From contig JAJQIH010000037.1 in the NCBI GenBank assembly GCA_021199305.1, positions 1-64,000 on the forward strand: a stretch of DNA of 64,000 bases, in the 5' to 3' direction. This DNA is from Ruminococcus sp. GTDB lineage: Bacteria > Bacillota > Clostridia > Oscillospirales > Ruminococcaceae. The notes beneath the pieces are model-generated. The model had not been told where the DNA came from and made no database searches. It was given only the letters and a program-made list of their open reading frames with translations. Positions 6,747 through 15,019 of this stretch are shown here, piece after piece; the stretch's first letter is position 1, and every line of letters begins with the position of its first letter. The position numbers were made by a program, and so were the translations under genes.

Positions 6747-9215
6747 ATGGCAATCATAAAATGTAAAATGTGCGGCGGAGATATGGAAATCAATGAGGAG
6801 AAGTCTTTTGGCGTCTGCGAATACTGCGGAAGTACAATGACCTTGCCTAAAATTGATGATGAACAAAGGCTTGCTGCCTTTAATCGAGGAAATTATTTCA
6901 GACGTATTGGCGAATTTGATAAAGCTATTTCAATTTTCGAGCAGATTGTTGCCGAGGACGATACCGATGCCGAAGCGCATTGGTGCTGTGCGCTTTGTCG
7001 GTTTGGTATTGAATACGTCGAAGATCCTGCTACCCTTGAATGGCTGCCAACCTGTCACCGTGTGAGCTTTGATAGTTTTCTGGAAGACGTTGACTATCTG
7101 GCTGCTGTGGAATATTCAGACGGCATCACTCGCCGACAATATCAGAAGGATGCAGCTAAAATTGCAGAGGTTCAAAGAGGAGTTCTGGCGACAAGTCAGA
7201 AGGAAGAGCCTTTCGATGTCTTTATTTGTTATAAGGAAAGCGATGAGAACGGCCAGCGTACCGTAGATTCCACTCTCGCTCAGGATATTTATTACCAGCT
7301 TACCGAAAAGGGCAGGCGGGTGTTCTTTGCACGTATTACATTGGAGGACAAGGGCGGAGCTGAATACGAGCCGTACATATTTGCTGCGTTAAATAGCTCC
7401 AAGGTAATGGTTGTCGTTGGAACTAAAACTGAAAACTTCAATGCTGTCTGGGTTAAGAACGAGTGGAGCCGTTTCTTAAGCCTGATGAAAAAGGACCATT
7501 CAAAGCTGCTGCTGCCTTGCTACAGGGATATGAATCCTTATGATTTGCCTGACCAGCTTTCAGTTCTTCAATCTTACGATATGAGCAAAATCGGTTTTAT
7601 TCAGGACCTTATAAGAGGCGTAGACAAGGTTCTGGACGCTGGAAAGCAAACTGAAACTAAAAAAGAAACCGTCGTCATTCAAGGCGAAGGCGGCGGGAAT
7701 ATTTCCGCTTTGATAAAGCGTGGAAATATGTCGTTGGAGGACGGCGACTGGGATAAGGCTCAGGAGTTCTTTGACAGGGTTCTTGATAATGATGCTGAAT
7801 GTGCGGAAGCTTATCTCGGTAAGGCTTTGGCTGATATGAACCTTGCAAACCTTGATGCGTTTGAATACAGATATTTGCCGAAAGCAGATAATATCGAACC
7901 GACTGAACTGCAAGCTTACGTTCCGAATCAGAAAGAGCGGGAAGAAAAGCTTGCCGAAGAAAATGAAGTTCCGTACCAGCTGACAAAGGAAGACATACAT
8001 AATATCTGCACATTCGATTTTTCTTATCCAAGCCGTGTGAGCCGCTATAAAGAGGAAATGAACGCTGCTCTTGGAAAATTTCAAAACCGTAATTTTAAAA
8101 GAGCGGAGGAATATGCAAGCGGTAAATTCAAAATGCAGATAGAAGCTTTCAAGAGCGACACAAACAATAAAATGAAAAAGGCGTTGAAGGCTCTTGAAGA
8201 CGAGGATGCGCAATCGCAAAAGAATATCTGCGAGCGATATGATGAAGCCTTTGCAAAATGGGAAGAGCAAGCTGCACAAATGCGTACAACCGCCGAAGCT
8301 AAAAGAGAAGATGTATATCAAAGGGCAGTTTCAGCATTTGAAAAAGAAGAAGATAACTATAAGGCATTAGATTTATTTCAAAGAGAAGTAATAATAGATT
8401 ACAAAGACTCAAAAGAATATATAGGAAAAATTAAAAAACTCGAAAAAGAGAAAGCTGAACAAGTAGAAAAAGCAGAGAAGGAGAGAAAAGAAGCTTTACA
8501 GCAAAAAGAGAAGGAACGAAAGAAGAAAATCAAAAGAATCAAAATAAGTATAAGCTGTGTTGCTGTCGTAATAGTTTTTGCAGTTGTATTATTTACGGTG
8601 ATTATCCCGTCTATTAAGTATAACACAGCTATGAATTATTATCAAGACGGTGATTATGAAAAAGCTTATACTGCATTTGAGGAACTGGGCAGTTTTGGAG
8701 ATGCAAGCGATAAGATAACTGAAATAGCAGAAAAATATCCTAAAGTTATATGTGAAATGGCAGAGGACGGAGATATTATTAAATTTGGCAATTATAGTTG
8801 GATAGTTTTAGAAAAGACAGATGACACAATGCTGATTATCACAGAAGATGTTATTAAGGATAGAGTCTATAATGAGGAGTATGAAGATATAACATGGGAG
8901 GATTGCACACTTCGCGAATATCTGAATGGTTCATTTTATAATAGATTTTCAGAAGGAGAAAAATCAATGATAGCGGAAACAACCTTATCGGATAACAATG
9001 ACATAGTAGACAAAATTTTCCTATTAAGTTTAGAAGAAGCAGAGGAGTATATGACAGAAGATGAACGGGCTGCTTCCGGTTGGTGGTGGCTGCGGTCGCC
9101 TGGCGATACTCATTCTAGTGCGGCGGGAGTCTATTTCAACGGTGTCGTCGATACAAATGGTTGTGCTGTTGACGCTAAGGGTGGCGTTAGACCCGCTTGT
9201 TGGATTACTTTTTAA
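6747..9215 (+). CDS. Receptor-like multidomain TIR protein A: N-terminal C4 zinc ribbon, TIR domain, TPR repeats, coiled-coil, one TM helix, C-terminal WWLRSP (DUF6273-type) domain
   Basis: CKMCGG...CEYCGS zinc ribbon; TIR hallmark DVFICYKESDENG...VFFARITLEDKG...SKVMVVVGTKTENFNAVWVKNEWSRF; TPR-like EDGDWDKAQEFFDRVLDNDAECAEAYLGKALA; hydrophobic ISISCVAVVIVFAVVLFTVIIPSI; C-terminal WWLRSPGD...GGVRPACWITF. Start moved to ATG 6747 (GGAGG 8 nt upstream). Confidence 0.75.
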   Translation: MAIIKCKMCGGDMEINEEKSFGVCEYCGSTMTLPKIDDEQRLAAFNRGNYFRRIGEFDKAISIFEQIVAEDDTDAEAHWCCALCRFGIEYVEDPATLEWLPTCHRVSFDSFLEDVDYLAAVEYSDGITRRQYQKDAAKIAEVQRGVLATSQKEEPFDVFICYKESDENGQRTVDSTLAQDIYYQLTEKGRRVFFARITLEDKGGAEYEPYIFAALNSSKVMVVVGTKTENFNAVWVKNEWSRFLSLMKKDHSKLLLPCYRDMNPYDLPDQLSVLQSYDMSKIGFIQDLIRGVDKVLDAGKQTETKKETVVIQGEGGGNISALIKRGNMSLEDGDWDKAQEFFDRVLDNDAECAEAYLGKALADMNLANLDAFEYRYLPKADNIEPTELQAYVPNQKEREEKLAEENEVPYQLTKEDIHNICTFDFSYPSRVSRYKEEMNAALGKFQNRNFKRAEEYASGKFKMQIEAFKSDTNNKMKKALKALEDEDAQSQKNICERYDEAFAKWEEQAAQMRTTAEAKREDVYQRAVSAFEKEEDNYKALDLFQREVIIDYKDSKEYIGKIKKLEKEKAEQVEKAEKERKEALQQKEKERKKKIKRIKISISCVAVVIVFAVVLFTVIIPSIKYNTAMNYYQDGDYEKAYTAFEELGSFGDASDKITEIAEKYPKVICEMAEDGDIIKFGNYSWIVLEKTDDTMLIITEDVIKDRVYNEEYEDITWEDCTLREYLNGSFYNRFSEGEKSMIAETTLSDNNDIVDKIFLLSLEEAEEYMTEDERAASGWWWLRSPGDTHSSAAGVYFNGVVDTNGCAVDAKGGVRPACWITF

Positions 9216-9233
9216 AAGGAGGTAAAAAGTGCA

Positions 9234-10184
9234 ATGGCAAAACATAAGCAAGTCTTATTATTAGGAAATGGAATCAATCGGGCATTTGACGGATTTTCCT
9301 GGCAGGAATTGCTTGCAATGTTAAGCGAAAGCTATAGTAAGGAAGACGTGGAAAAGCTTGAATCCCCCGCACCCCTGCAAGCGATTCTTGTAACCCGTGA
9401 CCACGTTGACACTGTATTGAAAGAACACAAAAAAGAGCTGTTTGGAACTGTAAATTCAGAACAAAGAGAAATTTTGCGGAAACTACTTTCTATTAAATTT
9501 GATGCAATTCTGACAACCAATTACAGTTATGAGCTTGAAATCGCAGCTCAGGAAAAAATATCCGATTCTGGAATTTCCGAATACAGGCTGAAAAAATTAT
9601 TGCGCCATAGCGACAGTGTCAAACAGGCGGAACCTCGGTACTCGTTATATACATATAATGAAGTTTCTTATAATGGTGTACAGAATAAAATATGGCATAT
9701 ACACGGAGAAGCCCGAAAACCGAGCAGCATTGTTTTAGGACACTACTATTATGCAAATTATATCGGCAAATTGCACGACCTCAACCAATCCCGGGAAAAT
9801 GTATATTCACGCAAACAGAAAGCGGGCGAAGAATTTTCTATAAAAAGCTGGTTTGACGCATTTGTTTTAGGAGATGTGCACGTACTGGGTTTTGGATTTG
9901 ATTTTTCGGAAATGGATTTATGGTGGCTTTTAAATCGAAAAAAGCGAGAAAAAGCCGACCACGGAAAAGTCTGCTTTTATGATGCAAAAGCTTCAGAAGA
10001 AAGCTCTGATTTAAAAGAAAAGTATGACTTGCTGAAAATGCTGGGCGTAAAATTATGCCTGGAAGAAACAGAACCAAATAATGATTGGAAATCATTTTAT
10101 TGGAAAGCGATTGAAAAAATCGAACAATCAATTAAAAGACAAGTTAAAGAAACAATGAAAGAGGAGGAACTCATTTATGTCTGA
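9234..10184 (+). CDS. SIR2_2-family (sirtuin-like, predicted NAD+-consuming) protein, short form without a SLOG sensor domain
   Basis: VLLLGNGINRAF...SWQELL; ILTTNYSYELE (TTNY box carrying the catalytic Asn of ThsA-type SIR2); IWHIHGE...IVLGHYYY (HG His). RBS AAGGAGG; 8-nt overlap with the next gene. Confidence 0.7.
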   Translation: MAKHKQVLLLGNGINRAFDGFSWQELLAMLSESYSKEDVEKLESPAPLQAILVTRDHVDTVLKEHKKELFGTVNSEQREILRKLLSIKFDAILTTNYSYELEIAAQEKISDSGISEYRLKKLLRHSDSVKQAEPRYSLYTYNEVSYNGVQNKIWHIHGEARKPSSIVLGHYYYANYIGKLHDLNQSRENVYSRKQKAGEEFSIKSWFDAFVLGDVHVLGFGFDFSEMDLWWLLNRKKREKADHGKVCFYDAKASEESSDLKEKYDLLKMLGVKLCLEETEPNNDWKSFYWKAIEKIEQSIKRQVKETMKEEELIYV

Positions 10185-12033
10185 ATTCGCAATTGAATGC
10201 CCGGTTTGTGGCAAATACGTAGAAGCAAAAACAGGAATTTTCGCAAGTAAGCAAATCGCTTGCTCTTGTGGAAATATTATCAATGTTAAAACTGACAAGC
10301 TCACGACAAGAAAGTGTGAGCATTGTGGAAATGTGGTTGTTTACGACCAGTCCAAGAGCAAATCAAAATGTATCTGTCCGGTTTGTCATACCGAGATAAA
10401 TACGCTTGCCAATAAGCAGCAGGAGGCAGAGTTTTCTTGCGCTCAATGCGGAATAAAGCTTTCAACTATAAAAAGCGCAACAAAGTATACCTGCCCTGTT
10501 TGTGATTATGAAAACGACGTTCAGGAGTGCCTGGCGAAAGAAAAAATCAAGCACGACGGACTTGCGAGCATTATAAAGTTTGAAGGGAATAACGATGCAC
10601 TTGTATGGAAGCATCCGATTGAGGACTTCAATCTCGGCTCGCAGCTGATAGTACATGAAAGCCAGGAAGCGATATTCTTTAAGGACGGACAGGCGTTAGA
10701 CCTTTTCGGCCCTGGCAGATATACGCTTGAAACCCAGCAGCTGCCGTTGCTTGAAAAGATATATAAGCTTCCGACAGATACTGAGGGAACATTCCATTCC
10801 GAGGTTTACTTTATAAACAAGACCGTTCAGATGTCAATAAGGTGGGGAACACCCGATAAGGTACGCTTTATTGACCCGCTTACAGGCGTTCCGCTATCAT
10901 TAGGCGCATCAGGTGAGATGAATTTACAGGTTTCAAATGCCAGAAAGCTGATTGTCAAGCTTGTAGGAACGATGAATGGTATTGCCTGGGAAGATGAGGA
11001 GGGCTTGTCAAAATCCCTTCAGAAATCCTTCCGCCCGCTGATAGTAAATGCAGTCAAGACAAATCTGCCGTCTGTTATAAAAAGCGAAGCGATTGATATT
11101 TTGGAAATAGACGAAAATCTGGATATTATTTCACAAAGCTTGCGAAAGAAGATTTCAGCAGGCTTTGAGGAGTACGGTCTGACAATTCCTCAATTTTATG
11201 TGACAGCAGTTGTACTTCCTGAGGAAGACCCGAACTTCAAGAGAATACGTGATTTACATACTATTACTCTGCAAACCAGAGTAATTCAGGCTGAGGCGAC
11301 AGTAAAAACAGCGCAGGCTCAAAGCGAAACGCAATATCGCACAGCTCAGGAGCAAAGCAAGGCTGCTATCGAAGAAGCAAGACGACAGGCGGAGCTGCAG
11401 CGCCAGACTACCGAAACAGAGGTAGCAAAAAGAGAAGCAGAGCGTACTGTTATTGCGGCGCAAGCCGAAGCGCAGGCAGCCAGAATGGCAGGACTTACCG
11501 AAGCTGAGGTTATGAAAGCCAAAGGCTACACCGAGAAGGACGTATTGCAGGCCGAGGTTCAGAAAGCTTACGCTGCTGGACTTGGCGAAATGGGTTCTGG
11601 CGGTGGAATAAATGTCGGCGGCGGCAGCAGCGTTATGGGCGATATGCTTGGTATGGGAATTGGACTTGCAGCAGCTGGAGCGGTTGCTCCGCAGATTGGC
11701 AATATGATGCAGGGACTGAATCCGAACGCACAAAATAACGCCGCAGGCACGAATACTGATAACGCTCCTCAGCCTGATACGTGGGATTGCTCCTGCGGTC
11801 AGAAAAATATAGTTGGAAATTTCTGTAATAATTGCGGCTCAAAGCGACCAACGCCCGAGGGGGAAGAAACCTGGAATTGCAGCTGCGGAAAGACAGGCAA
11901 TACTGGTAAATTCTGCTCAAATTGTGGAGCTAAGAGAGCTGACGACGCTCAGGCTACATGGGATTGTAGCTGTGGAAAGACAGGTAATACAGGTAATTTC
12001 TGTAATAATTGTGGAAAGAAGAAGGAGAACTAA
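10177..12033 (+). CDS. Zinc-ribbon-rich SPFH/Band-7-like protein with flotillin-like coiled-coil, Gly-rich hydrophobic segment and three C-terminal zinc ribbons
   Basis: At least four N-terminal CxxC...CxxC pairs; central Band-7-like region (FKDGQALDLFGPGRYTLET...IRWGTPDKVRFIDPLTG); Q/A/E-rich coiled-coil (QAEATVKTAQAQSET...AQAEAQAARMAGL); C-terminal WDCSCG...FCNNCG repeated three times. Confidence 0.55.
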   Translation: MSEFAIECPVCGKYVEAKTGIFASKQIACSCGNIINVKTDKLTTRKCEHCGNVVVYDQSKSKSKCICPVCHTEINTLANKQQEAEFSCAQCGIKLSTIKSATKYTCPVCDYENDVQECLAKEKIKHDGLASIIKFEGNNDALVWKHPIEDFNLGSQLIVHESQEAIFFKDGQALDLFGPGRYTLETQQLPLLEKIYKLPTDTEGTFHSEVYFINKTVQMSIRWGTPDKVRFIDPLTGVPLSLGASGEMNLQVSNARKLIVKLVGTMNGIAWEDEEGLSKSLQKSFRPLIVNAVKTNLPSVIKSEAIDILEIDENLDIISQSLRKKISAGFEEYGLTIPQFYVTAVVLPEEDPNFKRIRDLHTITLQTRVIQAEATVKTAQAQSETQYRTAQEQSKAAIEEARRQAELQRQTTETEVAKREAERTVIAAQAEAQAARMAGLTEAEVMKAKGYTEKDVLQAEVQKAYAAGLGEMGSGGGINVGGGSSVMGDMLGMGIGLAAAGAVAPQIGNMMQGLNPNAQNNAAGTNTDNAPQPDTWDCSCGQKNIVGNFCNNCGSKRPTPEGEETWNCSCGKTGNTGKFCSNCGAKRADDAQATWDCSCGKTGNTGNFCNNCGKKKEN

Positions 12034-12034
12034 A

Positions 12035-12721
12035 ATGAAGAAGAGTAGTTTAAAAGGATATTTAATCATAGCCATTATTTTAATAGTATTCAGCGTGGTA
12101 GCATTTTTACCGCCATTTTCAAAGACAGCAGTATTTTTTGTAGCATATTGCTTCGGACTGATTTCTATATTGTCGCAAATTTATTTCTTCAAGACCTCAT
12201 TTAGCGGCGAAGGCGCAAAGAGCAAATTTTACGGCTTCCCGATTGCCAGACTAGGAGTTATTTACCTGGTTGTTCAGCTTATTTTAAGTCTGCTTGAAAT
12301 GGTATTTGCAGCTTTTATTCCTCTGTGGGTTGTGCTTATTGTAGATATAGTCGTTACAGGAGCAGCTGCTATCGGTTGTATCGCGGTAGACACTATGCGG
12401 GAAGAAATCGTTCGACAGGATAACGTTCTCAAGAAAGACGTATCTGCTATGCGGGAGCTCCAATCCTTAGCAGCAGTGTTGCAGAGCCAATGCGATAACG
12501 ACGAAATGAAGGAGGATATAAAGAAAATATCCGAAGAGCTCAGATTCAGCGACCCCGTTTCGTCCGAAAAGTCCGCAATACTCGAAAAGAGATTATTGGT
12601 GCAGCTGGGCGAAATACAAAATGCTATGCTTGCGGGCGATGCAGAAACTGTAAAAGAAATGTCTGAAAAGGCGCTTGCAAATTTAACAGAGCGAAACAGA
12701 ATCTGTAAATTGAGCAAGTAG
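12035..12721 (+). CDS. Small integral membrane protein (about 4 TM helices) with alpha-helical cytoplasmic tail
   Basis: RBS AGGAGAA plus ATG 12035 one nt after the upstream stop; hydrophobic stretches IIAIILIVFSVVAFL, VFFVAYCFGLISILSQIYFF, IYLVVQLILSLL, IPLWVVLIVDIVVTGAAAIGCIAV. Confidence 0.6.
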   Translation: MKKSSLKGYLIIAIILIVFSVVAFLPPFSKTAVFFVAYCFGLISILSQIYFFKTSFSGEGAKSKFYGFPIARLGVIYLVVQLILSLLEMVFAAFIPLWVVLIVDIVVTGAAAIGCIAVDTMREEIVRQDNVLKKDVSAMRELQSLAAVLQSQCDNDEMKEDIKKISEELRFSDPVSSEKSAILEKRLLVQLGEIQNAMLAGDAETVKEMSEKALANLTERNRICKLSK

Positions 12722-12765
12722 AAGAATATAACGAAAATTATTTAGCCGAGAGGAGAATTTGATTT

Positions 12766-14874
12766 ATGGCTGTTTTTAAATGTAAGATGTGCGGAGGAAT
12801 GCTTGAAGTCACGGAGGGCGCAAAAATCTGCGAATGCGAATACTGTGGAAGCAAGCAGACTATTCCGTCTGTAAACGAGGAAAATCTGCGGAGCCTTTTT
12901 AACAGAGCTAATGTTCTCAGAATGAGGGGCGAGTACGATAAAGCCGCAGATATTTATGAGAAAATCATACAGGCTGATGAAACAGAAGCTGAGGCGTACT
13001 GGGGATTGGTGCTTTGTAAGTACGGTGTGGAATATGTTGAAGATCCAGCAACCTTAAAGCGGGTTCCAACCTGTCACAGAACGTCCTTTGACGCTGTTAT
13101 CACAAGCGAAGATTACAGCAAGGCGATAGAATACGCAGATATAGCTCAAAAGAGTATCTATGAGTCGGAAGCTAAAGCTATTGATGAAATCCAGAAGGGA
13201 ATACTTAACGTAGTATCCTCTGAGGAACCGTACGACGTATTTATTTGCTATAAGGAAGCTGACGAAAATGGAAAGAGAACTCACGATAGCGTAATTGCAA
13301 ATGACATTTATCACCAATTAACGCAGGAGGGCTTTAAGGTCTTTTATGCGGCAATTACCCTCGAGGATAAGTTAGGAAGCGAATACGAGCCTTACATATT
13401 TGCGGCTTTGAATTCGTCGAAGGTTATGCTGGCGATTGGTACAAAGCCTGAATACTTTAACGCTGTGTGGGTAAAAAACGAGTGGTCTCGCTTTATGAAA
13501 ATTATGCGAACCGACCGAAGCCGCACGCTTATCCCTTGCTATAGAGATATGGACGCTTATGAGCTGCCTGAAGAATTTGCTCACCTGCAGGCTCAGGATA
13601 TGTCAAAAATCGGCTTTATAAACGACATTATCAGGGGAATAAAAAAGATAGTGGTAATACCTGAGATGGCAGGCGGAAATGTTTCCAATGGATCAACGGT
13701 TCGCAGACTGGATAAAGCCACAGCGGCAAATGTTGAAGCTTTACTGAAAAGAGCTGACATATCTCTTAACGACGGCGAATGGAAAAAAGCGGATGAATGC
13801 TGCGAGAAGGCTCTTGATTTAGATCCTGAAAATGGGCAAGCCTATTTAGCAAAGCTGATGGCGCAGTTAAAGCTACATAATGCGGAGGAGTTTCAAACTC
13901 GTGTGGGAACAATAGAGGGGTATGAATATTTTAAAAAGGCACAACGCTTTGGCGATAATGAACTAAAGGCAAAGCTTGAGGAATATGACAATCAGGGTGT
14001 CTATAATGAAGCGATAGAAAAAATGCAGAGTGCAAAAGACGCACAGACTTATCGAGAAATAAAGGATGTATTAGAGCGACTTGGAAATTTTTCTGGTGCT
14101 TCTGAAAAGGCTGAGGAATGTGAAACTTTAGCCTTGAAGTGCTTGAAAAAACGCAAACGGCGCAAGCGGAGAATAATTAGTATTCTTTGTAGCGTGGTTG
14201 TACTTGCTATAGTGTCTAAATTGGCAATTGATAAGGTGATTATTCCTTACTGCGAGAATCGTGAAATTTACAATACAGCGATGAATTATTATGAAAGCGG
14301 TGATTTAGGAGCTGCTTATAATATTTTTGTGGAACTGGGCGATTTTAGTGACTCAAAAGAAATGATAAATAAGGTATGTTCAAAACTCAGCAACGGAGAT
14401 ATTATAGAATTTGGTGATTATAGCTGGATTGTTTTAGAAAAATCGGATGACACAATGCTAATTATCACAGAAGATATTATTGAGGATAGAGCCTATAACG
14501 AGCAGAAAGAAGATATAACATGGGAGAATTGCACACTTCGCGAATATCTGAATGGGTCATTTTATGATAGCTTTTCAGAAGAAGAGCAATCAATGATAGT
14601 AGAAACAAATCTAACGAATCCTGACAATTCAAAATGTGGCACAGACGGTGGTAATGATACAACAGATAAGATATTCCTATTAAGCTTAGAAGAAGCGGAA
14701 GAATATATGACAGAAGATGAGCGAATAGCTTCTGATCGGTGGTGGCTGCGTTCGCCCGGCGGTATTCAGGATCATACGGCGGTAGTCTCTATCAGCGGCG
14801 TCATCGGTACGAATGGCTTTTATGTCAATTATGAGTATGGTGTTCGTCCCGCCCTCCGTCTGAAGCTTAGTTAA
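12766..14874 (+). CDS. Receptor-like multidomain TIR protein B (paralog of 6747..9215): zinc ribbon, TIR, TPR, TM helix, C-terminal WWLRSP (DUF6273-type) domain
   Basis: MAVFKCKMCGG...CEYCGS; DVFICYKEADENGKRT...VFYAAITLEDKLG...SKVMLAIGTKPEYFNAVWVKNEWSRF; TM IISILCSVVVLAIVSKLAI; C-terminal WWLRSPGG...GVRPALRLKL. Confidence 0.75.
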   Translation: MAVFKCKMCGGMLEVTEGAKICECEYCGSKQTIPSVNEENLRSLFNRANVLRMRGEYDKAADIYEKIIQADETEAEAYWGLVLCKYGVEYVEDPATLKRVPTCHRTSFDAVITSEDYSKAIEYADIAQKSIYESEAKAIDEIQKGILNVVSSEEPYDVFICYKEADENGKRTHDSVIANDIYHQLTQEGFKVFYAAITLEDKLGSEYEPYIFAALNSSKVMLAIGTKPEYFNAVWVKNEWSRFMKIMRTDRSRTLIPCYRDMDAYELPEEFAHLQAQDMSKIGFINDIIRGIKKIVVIPEMAGGNVSNGSTVRRLDKATAANVEALLKRADISLNDGEWKKADECCEKALDLDPENGQAYLAKLMAQLKLHNAEEFQTRVGTIEGYEYFKKAQRFGDNELKAKLEEYDNQGVYNEAIEKMQSAKDAQTYREIKDVLERLGNFSGASEKAEECETLALKCLKKRKRRKRRIISILCSVVVLAIVSKLAIDKVIIPYCENREIYNTAMNYYESGDLGAAYNIFVELGDFSDSKEMINKVCSKLSNGDIIEFGDYSWIVLEKSDDTMLIITEDIIEDRAYNEQKEDITWENCTLREYLNGSFYDSFSEEEQSMIVETNLTNPDNSKCGTDGGNDTTDKIFLLSLEEAEEYMTEDERIASDRWWLRSPGGIQDHTAVVSISGVIGTNGFYVNYEYGVRPALRLKLS

Positions 14875-14888
14875 AACAGCACAAAACA

Positions 14889-14960
14889 TTTTTTTGGTGT
14901 AAAAAGTGTGGAGGATTACATTTTTTCGGTGTAAAAAGTGTGGAAGATTACATTTTTTCG
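14889..14960. repeat. Two-and-a-half tandem copies of a 32-bp unit (T6-7 + cggtgtaaaaagtgtggaRgattaca) directly upstream of a promoter
   Basis: Seen directly; T-tracts are phased at 32 bp. Confidence 0.8.
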
Positions 14961-14989
14961 TTGCATTTTTTGTATAAGTGTGCTATAAT
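14961..14989 (+). promoter_or_regulatory. Sigma-A-type promoter TTGCAT-17-TATAAT for the DUF4143 ATPase gene
   Basis: Sequence match; ends 30 nt before the start codon. Confidence 0.55.
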
Positions 14990-15019
14990 ATACCCATAAT
15001 ATACTTTGGAGGTGGGCAT

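Noticed and set aside
7560-8321. 253-aa minus-strand ORF (and 7675..8031) antisense to the TIR gene
   Set aside because: Lies wholly inside a well-supported plus-strand gene. Composition is typical of antisense frames in K/E-rich coding sequence.
11254-11920. Minus-strand ORFs (159, 60 and 95 aa) inside the SPFH gene and the ORF 11813..12721 N-terminal extension
   Set aside because: They overlap the coiled-coil coding region on the opposite strand, or read through the stop of the upstream gene. The membrane protein starts at ATG 12035, which has its own RBS.
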